64,000 nucleotides of DNA from Eutreptiella sp. 'Long Island Sound 2002' (GCA_964036045.1 OZ038378.1:3224001-3288000), one strand, 5' to 3'. Positions 33,769 to 46,531 are shown, numbered from the stretch's first letter. Notes: a model not told the origin generated them from the letters alone. Translations and numbers: made by a program.

Positions 33769-34410
33769 ATGCCGTCTGGGAGGACACAGCAGGAGAAGGG
33801 ACCTCACCAGCAGCGGTATGGCCCATACACACGCATCCAGCCAACCCCAAAGAAGGTCAAGCCTCAGCAAGAACGCCAGCGTTTCAAGGTGCAAGCACTG
33901 AGTCAGCTGGACGCCATTGCGAACGAAGGACTGCAAGCAGTTGAAGCAGAACTGACCACAATGGCCTGGGCCCGCAATCAGCAGATCTGGCTCCGACTGG
34001 ACCAACCACATGGCAGCAGAATGCACTGTGAGATTGTGGACAACCATGGGGAACCACTGCAGATGAGCAATCAGGAGCTCTACTCGGTGATGGTCCAGAT
34101 CAACTGGACCCTGAAGACCCAGGCTCTGGCGAACATGCAGGTCCAGTGGCGACCCAAAAGTGCAGGCAAGTGGCACCCGTTCCAGTGGGAGGCGATCCTC
34201 CACTGTCCGACGGCAGAAGGACACAGAGCGGTGCCCTCCTCGGTAAGCAGAACCGGCGATTGCATGCATGTGTGGCTGGCAGGCCGAGCGGACCTCTTGC
34301 GATTGTTCCAAAGAATGCTCTTCAGGCAGGCGGACCCGGTACCCGGGGACGCTGTGCGGTTCCTTTACACACTGCTGAACACACCCCCATGCGAAAGAAG
34401 ATACGCATGA
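33769..34410 (+). CDS. Unknown 213-aa ORF downstream of the LINE ORF2 (possible ORF3)
   Basis: Clean ATG-to-stop frame, non-repetitive and protein-like, on the same strand as the LINE, 236 bp after ORF2. Confidence 0.55.
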   Translation: MPSGRTQQEKGPHQQRYGPYTRIQPTPKKVKPQQERQRFKVQALSQLDAIANEGLQAVEAELTTMAWARNQQIWLRLDQPHGSRMHCEIVDNHGEPLQMSNQELYSVMVQINWTLKTQALANMQVQWRPKSAGKWHPFQWEAILHCPTAEGHRAVPSSVSRTGDCMHVWLAGRADLLRLFQRMLFRQADPVPGDAVRFLYTLLNTPPCERRYA

Positions 34411-34470
34411 CAGGGGGTGACAAAAAGGAGAAGAAGAGTGGAGCACATGGTGCCATGATGCAGATAACCC

Positions 34471-34575
34471 ATCGTCGTGGCTCAGTGGATACACCACACC
34501 TCTTCTGTCCCGTGGAGGATGGTTCGAACCCCGGGGGGGATAGAAATGCACCGAACAACCCGAACCCCCTTTTTT
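34471..34575 (+). ncRNA. tRNA-derived Pol III promoter unit / SINE head (not a functional tRNA)
   Basis: A-box TGGCTCAGTGG 34478-34488, B-box GGTTCGAACCC 34521-34531, T6 at 34570-34575. The cloverleaf stems do not pair. Confidence 0.55.
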
Positions 34576-35261
34576 GGGCTCGAGAGAGAGGGAGAGAGAA
34601 ACAGAGAGAGAGAGAGAGAGGGTAGAGCACAGTGGGAAAGGAACAGAGAGGTGCAACAGGAGAGAAAGAGCAGGGGAGAGCAAGAGAGAATGGGAGGGAG
34701 AGAGTAGGAGAGAGACCCACAGAGCGAGAGACCGGGGCTAACCGGCGCAAAGGGAGGTGGTGGGTTCGAGCTGACCAGGGTTCGAGCTGACCCGGGTGGG
34801 TTCGAGCTGACCAAGGTAAAAGGGACGCCACGGCGGCACGGAACAGTCAAGAAATGAAAAAGCAGGGCGCCGTACCGCCCCTGAGCCACAGGCTCGACAC
34901 GTTGTGACGTGTTGAACAGCCGAAGCAAGACTGGGGCGGCGAGAGTGCGGCCCATGTGAGGATGACGGAAGCAAGTAGGCATGAATGTGTGGGCGGCATG
35001 CACATGCATGGTGGGGAGCCGAAATGGTATGCGCCACACGCAAAACAGCAATGAATTGTTGAGTTGCCTGACAGACGGAGCACATGCTGAAATGCTGAGA
35101 CGCCTTTGCGCCAACCAGGGCGCCATTGCGCCCCTGAGGATTGAGTATGACACGTCCTCACGGGCCAGAGAGCAAGTGCATGATAGGGTCACAACCTGCA
35201 GGGCAAGGGTTAGAGACTAACCGGCACTGTGGGTGGGTGGTGGGTGCGAGCTGACCTCAAT

Positions 35262-35573
35262 GTCCTGAGGACCAGTGCCAATGCACAGCCAGCAACCACC
35301 TGGTGTGGTACAGAACTGGTCTACGCTGCAGTGCAGCAAGCAAAACACTGAACAATGTGGTTATGACCATGCGCCTGTGACACGGGGGCGTATGCGAGCC
35401 CAGTTTCCGTTGCCTCATGGCCCCCCCACAGCGTCCCCAGCACGGAGACATGCCTCGTCCGCATGAAGCTGTAGGTTTCCCAATTCATGGTGTACATGTT
35501 CTCTGGGCCTGAGTGCCCACGCACACCGTAGTCCGGATGGCCTAAACTCAGTCTGGTGTTAGCAAAAAAAAAA
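35262..35573 (+). mobile_element. LINE/SINE 3' end with poly(A) tail
   Basis: A10 at 35564-35573. The motif GTGG(C/T)TATGACCAT...GGGGG(C/T)(G/A)TATGCGAGC recurs near 38300, 41940 and 42415. Confidence 0.6.
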
Positions 35574-35591
35574 CACTTTACGTGTAGGGGA

Positions 35592-36760
35592 CATACCTTT
35601 TTAACACGGTTAAATCCCGGGAGGCGTGGTGCATGCTCTCATCTAGACTAAAGGCTGGCCTCTACAATTCTACGCGTCACAACCGGGTATCAATGATCCG
35701 CAGTCGGCCAGTATATGGGAGTTATGCGCCACAGCTTCGCTACCCCCTCATGCAAAAGATTTTGTGCAAAAAGTGCTTTGGAGAAAGCTGACTGTACATG
35801 AGCGTACCCAAAAACGCTGAGTCACGGACATATGTCCAGTGTGTGGGCAAAAGGAGGGTATCAAACACGCCACGATGGAGTGCTTGATGCATCGGGTGGT
35901 GTTTGCAGTGGTTCAACACTATTATGGAGGACGCCGTTGAGTCGGCCAATCAAGAGTTATCGCTAAAAACAGACCAAGGGCTGGGTGTATGGTCAGCTAG
36001 GCAGGCGGGGAGGGGCATCACCAGTCTTTACCTCTTTCTTAATTAACGACAAGGCTACGGATTTTGAGTGAATGGCTATCATTCTACCATGGGGATTGCA
36101 AACACCGCTAGCAAGGATTCCTACGGTCAATTGAGCAACTCAGGGAAATAGGAATACAACCAAGCAAAGGAGACATTCGGCTAACCTCAACGCTCAATTC
36201 ATGGTGGCAATCAACCCCGAACCCCCCCACTCGGTCTTTTGCGGTCTTTTTGATTCATTTGGATGAACCATTTGTGTAGACAATGCTTCAACCCTCCGTC
36301 ACTCCCTCTGATTAGGTCCCGAACTTGCTTCATTACTTGTTGCTTAGCTACCCTTGACTTTTTTGGTGACGGCAACGCCCCCTCATCTTTGCTTCTCGAA
36401 CCCTCTTTCGTTCGTGTAAAACGGTCCTTGTGGGTTTATGCACCTAACGATGGTCAACACACAGACAAACTGATAATGGGGGTGAACTATGGGTGGCCTT
36501 GGAAGAATTGCAAGGATTGTGGGTACCTAAGCTTGCGATCTTGACTGACTCACGGTACTTGCTGCAGTGGGTGAGTGGCAAAGCCCAGAATTGGGAGTCA
36601 TGGGGTTGAACAACGACACCGGGTCGGGTGGATCGGACTCGGACCGGCTGAGGGGGTATGGGAGGAGTTAGGCTTGCAGCCCATGGATAGTGACGAAATA
36701 AACTGAGAGGCATCGGGAGCGGCATCGGCAGAGGACACGCAAACCGTCAGTAGCAACGAC
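35592..36760 (+). pseudogene. Old degenerate LINE, 3' segment (post-RT, zinc finger, RNase H)
   Basis: LQFYASQPG...KDFVQKVLWRKLTVH...CPVCGQKE...KH and LWVPKLAILTDS align to the young LINE from the position where the 27301 segment stops. Confidence 0.85.
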
Positions 36761-39751
36761 AATTGAGAGGATGAGGGGGGAAAGGTTGGTATGTGGATGG
36801 GGGTGTGGATGGGGGTACGAGGACGAGATCATGCCCACCCAGAGAAGCACGGACGTCAGTGACACATAGTGGCGGCATGCAGAGCGCCGCAAAAAATGCG
36901 CGAAGGGGTGGAGTGATGTCTATGCTCGTGGGATTGCATGATGACACAGCTCACACGCAACGCGCAACACCATCTTTTGTTAAGTGCATGCCTATGTCCT
37001 TGGAGGACAGTTCTTGAAGAGGCCTGGCGATGGTGGGGAAAGGTCATATGCGACGGCAACAGCTCAAGGTGCGTTGGGCAGCGTCTAGAGGAGCATTGGC
37101 TGCGGCGGAAAGATACGATGGGGCCAATATAACGGACTAACGCAGTTGGCATGAACACAAGGAGATTTGTGGATGTGTGACGGAGGAGTCTGATTCACGC
37201 TTTGTGACTGGATTGGTGACAGTTGACGGCTGTCCGACCATGGTCAACGAGCAAGATATTTTCTTGGTACTCACTTGAGTGGCATGGGATGTGCGGACAT
37301 GTCCGCACTATGAAGGGGGGGCCCGAGGGAACAAGAAACAACGGACTTAGCTCCACCCCGATGGGTGGGAAGTTAGAGTGCGGGTGATGATAGAGGCGGG
37401 GTGCACGGGAGATAGTCATGTGTGTTAGCACCAAGGGGGAAGGGCATTATCTGTGGATCGGTGGGACCCCAGGGGTGATAGGTCACGTAAAGAGCATGAT
37501 ATATGGTCCGCAAACGTGGGTGGGGTGGGGGGACTGCATATGATTCTGTCTTTTGCTTTCAGAACCTCATGAGAGAACAATAAATAGTGGGCAGCCTGGC
37601 CCTGGACAACTTTTGCCATTTACATTGGAACCCCCCAAGCAGAGTGCGTTGATTAGTAGCAAACAGAGCGACTCTTGCCTTTTACCTGAACCAGGCAGCT
37701 GCTAGACAGGAACATCGGCGGCCGGTGGAGCTTCAAATGCACTGACAAGGACACGATGAGGGTAACCCTCGTCCTAGTAGAATGGTAAGCCTTTGGGTTG
37801 GTGTCGGGAGTGATCGGTGGTTTGAATCCTGCGACAGGGAGGGGGGGGGGGGGCTGGGATGCACCCGCATCGCCCATTTTGAATGCACTTTGGAGTGGTG
37901 AGTGCAGTGGAAGAACAAGGCAAGGTATGGAACGTCTCGTCTTCTTCATAGTGTAGTAGCTATGCATGGGGTGTGAGGCTCCTGGGGAATGCGTTTGAAC
38001 CCCGGAGGGTCGTAGTGGGCTGTCGTAGTGACATGGTCAATGAAAATCTTGCAGCCATCACTGGCAATCACCGCTCCCAACCGGTGGGGGTTGTGATGCA
38101 ATAGGGGCGTCTTTTGCAGTGATGCTCTGAACCCCCAAGTGCAAGGTTACATCTAATGGGCGCCTATGGGAGGGGGAAGAGCTGACCCAGAAAGTCAAAG
38201 AAACATTCGACAACCATGGTGCACGGCGAACTCAAGGCAATATTCAGCACTGATGTGGTTTGCTTTGCAGTGCAGCAAGTCAAAACAATGAACTGAGATT
38301 TGTGGCTATGACCATATACCTCTGTCGCGGGGGTATATGCGAGCTCAGTATCCGTTGCTCATGGCCCCGGAACGTGTACCCAGGCCTACGGGGTGCATGC
38401 AGCCTATCGGTGGCCCTAGAATGGGTGGGTCTTGACGGCGGGCCCAGTCTCTAATGTTGACCTTTGGGTCCAGTTGCTTACACTAATAGAGTCCTCAAAC
38501 ACCGTTTTTCAAAATCCCCAGCCATGTTGCTCTACATGGCAACGATGTGGCCAATGATTTGGCAAATCGGGGACGGCTATGGACTCCTTTGTATCAATCA
38601 GCCAGATGCAGACCCCCCGCCTTTGCACCAGTGGGGATGGCCATCAGCACGCCAAAACCCCCCAGGCGGGCGGTACACCCCCCCAATGAGGATGCGGTAC
38701 CGCCCTACTCGTCTCAGCACGTACGTAACGAGTCTGTACACACACCTCTAGACATGCTAACACGAAACCTCTTCACCCCATGGAGGGCAGGGAGGGCAGG
38801 GTCATTGATGGATGAAGACCCAGTCCCTTAATGGGACGAGGTCCCCTTGCGTTGCAATTCTCTGATGAGGATGTGAGTTCCAAAGATGACCGCATGTCAC
38901 TTAGTCGCTCCAGATCGTCTTCCGGCTCGTCCGGCACGCATTCAACCGATTCTACCATTACAGCCACTACAGTTTCGCAAGCATGTTCTTCACAAAGCTT
39001 TGATGCTCAGTCCAGTGATTACGTAGAGGTGTGCAGGTAGCTGGGCCTGTCACCCATGGTGCAGCCCGCAAAAAGAAGGCGCTGTCGGTCTTATTTGCCA
39101 AGCACAAAGGCCAGCTCTGGCACACTAGACTTTGGAAATCGTACTAATTGTTCAACTGTCTCACTCTAAAGGAACCCACTTAATCCCTCCGCCGGAGGGC
39201 TTGCGATACAGCTGTTACTTGATCAATTGGGATCAGCCGCAGGCAAGGTTATGCTGCAGTTAATAGTCCGGTGGTGCGCCCAATCTGTTTTGTACTGTGT
39301 AGATCCCCAGGGGTCGACAAAATGCGGCTCAGCAGGGCAGACAGAGACCACAAGCGTAGGAATGTGTTGCATAGCAATTCAGTGGCTCCGGCCGATTGTG
39401 ATGGAACTGCCGAACATTGCTGCATATGCATAGCAAGACGTGCATGTTTGGAGCACTTTGTGACCTGCGTATTCCCCCCCTCCCCCCGCCCCCCTCCCTG
39501 GGGGGACGGCTTTTGGGGGGGGGGTAGGGGCACGTGGCAACCCGGCACGGGGAAATTGTCACGCACAGGTTGGGGTCCGACATAGGGGCAGGCGGGGTAC
39601 ATCGTCCACTTGTTTTTGCAAGTTGTCACGCCCTTTCTGTATGGGAGTACAGTCCTGAGTTCGGGATCTGGGAGTGATGCCAACAACCTCTGTGAGCACA
39701 GCGTGCAGCCATTGAATGTCCTGATCACAAGGAAAACGAGCACTGAGGGGC

Positions 39752-40558
39752 ATGCCAAGGGAGAAATGTGGGCTGGGGCATGTATGCAGTCGGTGTCAAT
39801 TTGTCTCTTCCTGGAGCATCTCACGGAATCCTGCAGAGCATGTAGTTTGCAAGTCAGTAATTGCTGCTGCTGGTTTTAATGCCCCAGAACCGCATCACTG
39901 CCCTAATGCCCTTTGTGGAATTGCACACGGGACAACGCCTGCAAGTGACATCCAGACACCTATGAGTCCTTATACCCTTCGCCAGTTGCACAATTTTCTT
40001 GTTTCTCAACCTTCCACAACCAGTGGGCAGCCCGCCATGTCTCAGTACTATGCCCCGACATATACATATTCCGACGGGCGTCCGCGGAACGACCAGTTTT
40101 CTCAACCTTCTGTGACCAGTGGGCAGCACACCGTGTCTATGTACTATGGGGCCTATCCCCCGCCATATTCTGGCGGGCGCCCGCGGAACAATCAGTTTTC
40201 TCAATCTTCTGTGACCAGTGGGCAGCCCACCATGTCTCAGTACTATCCCCCGCCATATTCCAGCACGGGTCCGCGGAGCAATCAATTTTCTCAACGTTCC
40301 ACGACCAGTGGGCAGCCCACCGTGTCTCAGTACTATGCTCCGACAAATTCCGGCGGGCGTCCAGGGAACAGCCAGAACAAGAGGAAACTGAGCCACGCAG
40401 AAGAGCCGCAACCGTCTGACAAGAAGATGCGCAGGTTCGAGCGACGCAAACAGCAGCTGCATGACATGTGCGTTGAGCTCGGGGCTTTAGACGACGATTT
40501 GCCTGATTCTGATTCGCAGGTCGTCAGTGTCCACACTCTTGACAGGGGGACGCTTTAG
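39752..40558 (+). CDS. Unknown ORF or exon with four 90-99-bp repeats (SQ.S.TSGQP.(M/V)SQYY.P...GRPRN.QF) and a basic C-terminus
   Basis: Indels between repeat units preserve the frame (40002-40370). NKRK/KKMRRFERRK resembles an NLS. The true start is unclear. Confidence 0.5.
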   Translation: MPREKCGLGHVCSRCQFVSSWSISRNPAEHVVCKSVIAAAGFNAPEPHHCPNALCGIAHGTTPASDIQTPMSPYTLRQLHNFLVSQPSTTSGQPAMSQYYAPTYTYSDGRPRNDQFSQPSVTSGQHTVSMYYGAYPPPYSGGRPRNNQFSQSSVTSGQPTMSQYYPPPYSSTGPRSNQFSQRSTTSGQPTVSQYYAPTNSGGRPGNSQNKRKLSHAEEPQPSDKKMRRFERRKQQLHDMCVELGALDDDLPDSDSQVVSVHTLDRGTL

Positions 40559-42814
40559 CACCCCCCCCCCCCCCCTCTGAACCCACACCCACCCCCAGGG
40601 TCCAAACCCTGCGCTTGCCCCTCTTCCAAAGCAGCAGGGACACTTCAGGCGCCTTGGGTGCCAAGTTTGGGAGTGACCTCAGTAACGTTTTCATGTTGTT
40701 GACTGGACCTCATCCTATTTCGTCTTTCCGCATTTCAATGGCCTCCTGATATATCAAGTAGCCAACAACCGCACCTCCCCACACCCACACCTCCCCTCTC
40801 CCCCATGCCCAAAAGCGTCCCTTCATGAAGCCCAGCAAACACCCTATGCCCTGCCCGTTGCAGGGCATGCCATGTTCATCCAGTGATGTCGGGTACCATG
40901 ACAAATAAATAGGGGACACTCGGAGCTGTTTGGCTCCCCGCCCACAAAGAGAGTACATTAATGCGCCGGGCAAAGTTTTCTCCTATTTCCCCCTAGTTCT
41001 CGCCCTCTTTTCCCATTTTTCGTCCCCGTGTTGAGCACCCCCGAGAAGGCGTACTAGAAACCCATACTTCGTGATACTAGGGGCATCAGTGAAAACAGGC
41101 CATTGGATGCTTCTTTGTTTGGGCCGTTGTAGATGACCCAAGCATTGCCTCAGGAGATGATTGTGAAGATGATGATGCAGGCATTTGTGCTTTGTGCCGT
41201 CACAAACACACCACCACAGTTTGTGGGCAGTGCAATGGGAAGAGATGGCCGGAACTTGATTTGGATGCCCGGCGCGCCGCCCAAACATACCCTCAAAGAT
41301 TTGCGGCAGCTGAACTGAGAAAACTTTGATGCCACTGGACCAAACTAGTAAAGACAACACTGCGGTGTTGCACTGAATCCTGCAGCACACCGCGGGGGGG
41401 GGGGGGGGGGGCTCCTCGGGTCCAAGGATGCCAACCCCCCCCCCCCCCCCCACCCACCCACCCACCCACCCAGGGGCCTCCGGCCAACAGTTAGTTGTCA
41501 AAGATACCGGCCTAAAGAGGCCATGGGCTCGAAAGGCGCCCGACATTCTATGGGCACCAAGTCTGCCGACTTCGCTTCCTCTACACTTTGGTGCATCTGA
41601 AGGGGTTAGTAAAATGGTTCAGCCCATGTGGTCATGCTCAAGAAGGCAGGGGTTATGTAGCTCCCCGAGAAGGTTGGGGTTATGTAGCCATTGCCCAGAT
41701 TTTGGCTCCCGGTACGGTAGGGGTTAGGCGTGAGTTAGGTCGCCATCAGGCTCACATCGCTTTCCGAAGATCCCCTGGAGGACAGACATCCTCTTTTGTG
41801 ACACAAATACGTTGAACATATAGGGGAGGACTCCCCGGCCGCCTCCCCCTTCTACAGAAATGTCCCCCCCTCTTCCATTGCCTTACATTGCATTGTATTG
41901 CGCTGCAGTGCGGCAAGACAAAACAATGCACTGAGAGACTTGTAGCGATAACCATATGCCTGTGACACGGGGGTATATGCCAGCTCTGTATCTGTTGCTT
42001 TATGGCCCATTGCCACCCCCGGAGCCCACCTCCCCCCCCCCCCCCACTAGGGGGCCTCCGATGTTTGTGACTTGCTTTGAGTGCAGTACATTGTGCAGGG
42101 CCTGTCATGCCCCTTTGGACGCTCGTGCGTCCACCTCTTCGTTGCCCACCACCCCTACATGCCAAACATCTAGCAAGAACTAGGTTTGGTGGAAATGCCA
42201 GACACATGGGACACAGACTCCAATCGGTCGGGGGGATCGTGTGTCACGAGTGACTCGGATGATGAATTTCTTGATGCCTGGCCCAAACAACCCCATCTAT
42301 GCTAATCGGGGCCAGTGGGGGGCAGAGTGGAGGTAACCCAAGTCGGCCCAAGAAACATTTGATAGCCAGGTGGCGAACTCAAGGCAACATTCGGTACCGA
42401 TTTGGAACAGTGTGGGCAATGACCTATGGCCTGTAACGCGGGGGTCATATGGTCGCCAAGTATCCGTGCTTCATTCTCTAGGGGGCCTCCGGCCAACGGT
42501 TAGTAGGGGGGGGGGGTAGTTGGCGTCCAAAACCGAGGAGTCGGCCCCCCGTGCTGCGGCATCACCACATTTGCAACCCGGGCACCAGCACCGGAGTCTC
42601 ACGACAGAATTGTGGCCTGAGGGGAACCCCTCGCCAGGTCCGGGAGGACACGGGTGGTGCGGCTAGCCAAAGAGGGGAGGGCAGGCCTTGCGCTTGAAAG
42701 AGGAGGAGGCTACAGGGCTACACGAAAGCGCTGCAGCCGCAGTTGGAGTTGGCACGCTACGATTGATCGGACATCTCCCATGAAGAGGATGAATGGCCTG
42801 CCTCAAGCCACGTT

Positions 42815-42850
42815 GGGGGCGCACCGTGCACTGTGCACGCACCTGTGCAA
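42815..42850 (+). mobile_element. Solo left end resembling MITE family C
   Basis: GGGGGCGCACCGT-GCACTGTGCAC-GCACCTGTGC-AAAAAG parallels the left end at 48301. No right end was found. Confidence 0.4.
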
Positions 42851-43615
42851 AAAGTAGGCTATTTTGGACCCTTTTCCCCCGATGGCCAAGGTCACCGCGG
42901 CAACCACTGTGTTCCCATGTGTTCCCAGACACAGGACTGCCCCAGATTCCTACTCAGTCCAAAAACTCAGACAATGAGTTGAAACAAACTATGGTTCACA
43001 CTGAAAATGCCAGAATGCTGTCAGTTTCCTATCTACAACTGCGGTTTTTGTGCTGTGGACGTATGCTTCCCCGGTTGTCGGTGGTTTTCAGGGTGGTCGC
43101 TGGAAAGCTGACTTACTGTCGGGGCACTGTGCAGAAACACCCCCTTTGAGTCTGCCCTGGGTGGGCCAGATGTTCAAGCGACAACGGGCGCCAGAATCCC
43201 CGCCGAATCCCAAGCTGGCCCTTCGGCCTCATTTGCTGAAAAGGAGAGCAGTGTATCACCGCCGACGCGCACTTGAAACCGGGACCGTCTTGCACATTTG
43301 CCCTGGGGCAAATCCAGCATGACTGCAGCCCAACCTCTAGACCAGCCTCACTGGAGCACTGCTGAGTGTCGTTGATCAGAATGTGAAATCATCCTTGATT
43401 CCGAGAGATTTCTCGAGTACCTTCTGGTGAGCGGGCTTCGCCAGCTTGCCGTGGCCTGGACCCCCCCCCAAAAAAAAAAACAAGAAAAAGATCAGAATGG
43501 GAAATGTATCCTTTGTAAACCACAGGTGGCAGTCAACAGACAACGGTCCATGCAACGCCGTTTGTTGGTTTTTTTGCATCGCTTTCGGGCTCATCCGCAT
43601 GCTTCCTGCCATTAG

Positions 43616-44140
43616 GACTGTGTGCTGGACGTCCACATCGAGGTGGAGCCACAATGTCGAGTTTGGAATCCCGCACACAAGCTGCTGCAAGGCCTCTGTG
43701 AGTTTGGCCCGGTTGAGACGGTGCAATTGCTCTCCAATTCGGACCGCCCAAAGTCTGAACGTCGGGTGTCAAGATGTGCGCGTGTGCAAATGGCTTCCGC
43801 GGAAGCTGCGCAGGCAGCGCACGCTCAGGGGACCATCACGGTGCACAGATGCGTTCTGACGGTGTTGGGCCCCCCCACGGCAGCTGCGTTCAGTGTGCAG
43901 AGTGACAATCTTGTGCTGGCGTCATTTTCGGACACCATTTTGCCCGACGAAGACTTGATGCCACTTCTGAACCAAATCACAGTGGGGGTCACGGTCGCCA
44001 CTGAGAAAAGTTCCACACTTGAACGTCGACTGTTGTTTCATGGCGGTGCCCAGGAGGCCCGCCGCTGCATTGTGCGACTGCAAAAGCCCTTGCTGCAGCA
44101 GTTCAAGCTGGGGCTGCATGCCGTTGCATTTCCGTCTTGA
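43616..44140 (+). CDS. Probable terminal exon encoding an RRM-like domain
   Basis: Preceded by a pyrimidine tract and AG. LLQGLCEFGPVETVQLL...RCARVQMASAEAAQAA...GTITVHRCVLTV follows RRM secondary-structure spacing. Confidence 0.55.
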   Translation, partial: DCVLDVHIEVEPQCRVWNPAHKLLQGLCEFGPVETVQLLSNSDRPKSERRVSRCARVQMASAEAAQAAHAQGTITVHRCVLTVLGPPTAAAFSVQSDNLVLASFSDTILPDEDLMPLLNQITVGVTVATEKSSTLERRLLFHGGAQEARRCIVRLQKPLLQQFKLGLHAVAFPS

Positions 44141-45186
44141 AGCACTGAAGGTTGCAAAGGTGTAATCGTTGTCAAGTTTGGTCGCTTTCTGTTCCTCCCC
44201 AGTCTACCGGGAGGGGAAATTTTGAGAGGGCGAAAAAATTGATGTGGACAAATTTGGAAGCCCTCCCTCCTTCCAAATGTTTCCTTCAATTTTAAGGATG
44301 CCATTTGCCAAAATGTGTGCACCTGAAATGACAGCAACCATCCAAGAAGAGTTTAAGAAGTTTAAGAAGAGTGAAGAAGAGTTTACCGGAGGGGGAATTG
44401 TTTGACGCGGTTTCTTTTTTTGGGAGGGCACAAATTAGGGGGGGGGGGATTTGGCACTCCTCCAGAGAATTAAAGGAAAATTTTGGTACAAGGTCCCTTG
44501 CTGTTCCTTCCCACTGGGCTCTGGATGGCTGATGCGATTGCCTGGTGGACTCTGGCTGCGCGGCAGCTTTACCCACCCCTCAATGACAACGGTGACACTG
44601 CCGGGTAAAATGCACGATCCACTGCTTGCCTTCTGTTGGGTTTGACTCCTACAGCTTGTGTACGATAGACAGATAATAACACCGCAAGACTTTCTGTGAG
44701 GGTGTCCCACTTCTGCAGGGCGGTTTTTCCCACACCGTGCGCACTGCTGCTCCCTACCTTCATTCACCTTGATGGCCGTGGGAGCAGTCTTCTTTGGTGC
44801 TTTTGTTACTTGCACAACTGCCTTCCCTTGTCAGCTAGTTGTTCTTTTACCGAAGTGACAAAGCAGGAACAAGTCACGTTGTGCATGATTTCTGGGGCAC
44901 ATGAGTTTTTTGTGGCAATGCCATCCGCTAGCCTTTGTCCCTCCATTTGCCGGATATCGTGAGACCATTGCTGTGGGTTGCATTCAATATCGACAAGATT
45001 ACCGGACTGCCTTGCTCTCCGCGTTTGGAGCCGCGGTGTCTTGCTTCCCTCCCGCAAAACATTGAGGATACAAAACCATCATGTAGCTAGTGTTGGAAAC
45101 CCTTCACGTCATCAAACACCCTCCAGGTGAATGGGAAACACCATATTGAATGATACCCCCACCGATGGTTGAGTGGAGTAATAGGC

Positions 45187-45385
45187 ACCCCGGGTCCCTA
45201 CCCACGCTATGCCCGGACGCCGGGGACCGGTTGCACCACCCAAGTTTCCTTATTTTCCCCCAGCTTTCCCCATTTCCCCCCATTTTCCCCCCATTTTCCC
45301 CCATTTTCCCCCATTTTTCCTTGCCATGGGTACATTGTGGGTACGTTTGTGGGTAGAGTACCCGCCACCGGAGCCGGGTACTTCT
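45187..45385 (+). mobile_element. Short foldback element with (CCCCATTTTC)n core
   Basis: Near-perfect inverted pair CGGGTCCCTACCCAC / GTGGGTAGAGTACCCG flanks a CCCCATTTT array resembling family D. Confidence 0.45.
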
Positions 45386-46531
45386 GAGCCCTGATATTCC
45401 CTTGCCTTCATTCCCGTTGCGTCAACTCCCAGTACTGGCCTAAGGAGTTCATGGGTGCCGAAGGCACCCACTGGTCCACAAGCACCTGAACCACATGTCT
45501 TTATGCTCTCACTGTGCTCTCACCTTCCCAGGGACCTCCAATATGCACTCTGGGGCTTTTCAAACACTGCTGGTTACTTAGTGCGTTCTTTCTTTCTTAT
45601 TGGCTCCCACGCTTCGGCGTGGCCTCTTCGGTTAAGGACTCCCACGCTTGTGTGGCCGTGAAAATCGCCGTCAAAAGGGCTTTACAACAAGCCACTGGAG
45701 AGGTCCCGCCTCACCAGCATATCCAAATGGCAATCCAGCTTGCGCGGAAGATTTGCCGGGCCTCTAGTTGATGCTACACACTGCCCGAGTTGCTATGGGC
45801 ACTTATGCATTTGCTTTCCACCCCCTATATGCATTATATGTATGTACTGTGCATTTGCTTTCCATCCCCTACATATACCAAAATGTATGTACCATGCCAT
45901 CATGTAACTCTACTCCCATGACCGCTCAAGAGCCCACCCCCTTGAGGTTCCCAATAGGCTTGGAATACCCAAACTGATGATACCCTACCCTCTACTAGGG
46001 CAAGGGGCGGTGCGAACTGTCGGATCACACCTGGGCTGCATACCCAACTGTTCGGAGCCCCCCCCCCCCCCCCCCCCACCCCCGGGCAAAAGCCCCTCCT
46101 AGACCCCGAGACAATGGTGGCCCCAGGGCCTGAGAAAATGGTGGCCCGAGAAAATGCCGGTTCCAGCGCAAGAAAAACTGATGTAGACGCATCTGCAATG
46201 GGTTTTGCTGGTGATGTGTCATGGAGGAGTCGCTGCACCACACAATGCAATCATGACCATGTTTAGTCAGGTTCTAGCTTTGTGTCTGCTTCTTGTATGA
46301 ATGCTGCCAAGATAGTGAACATCCACACATATGGATCTTCACCAAGCACAATGTTGACCCCCATGAGGTTGGAGGAAACGGGGCGCCTTCTTGGGCTTAC
46401 ATGCCACTCCCCCGCCCATTAGAAGTGGGTCAAAGGCCCCTTAGGAGACCTGAGCGGCCATGGTTGTGTATTACATGTGCCCCCATGAGCAATGGCTCAC
46501 TGTGTCGTCGCAGGAGGTGGTTCGGGTCTAT

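Noticed and set aside
39670-39740. IS66- or MULE-like motif DANNLCEHSVQPLN
   Set aside because: Short resemblance only, with no other transposase motifs or element ends.
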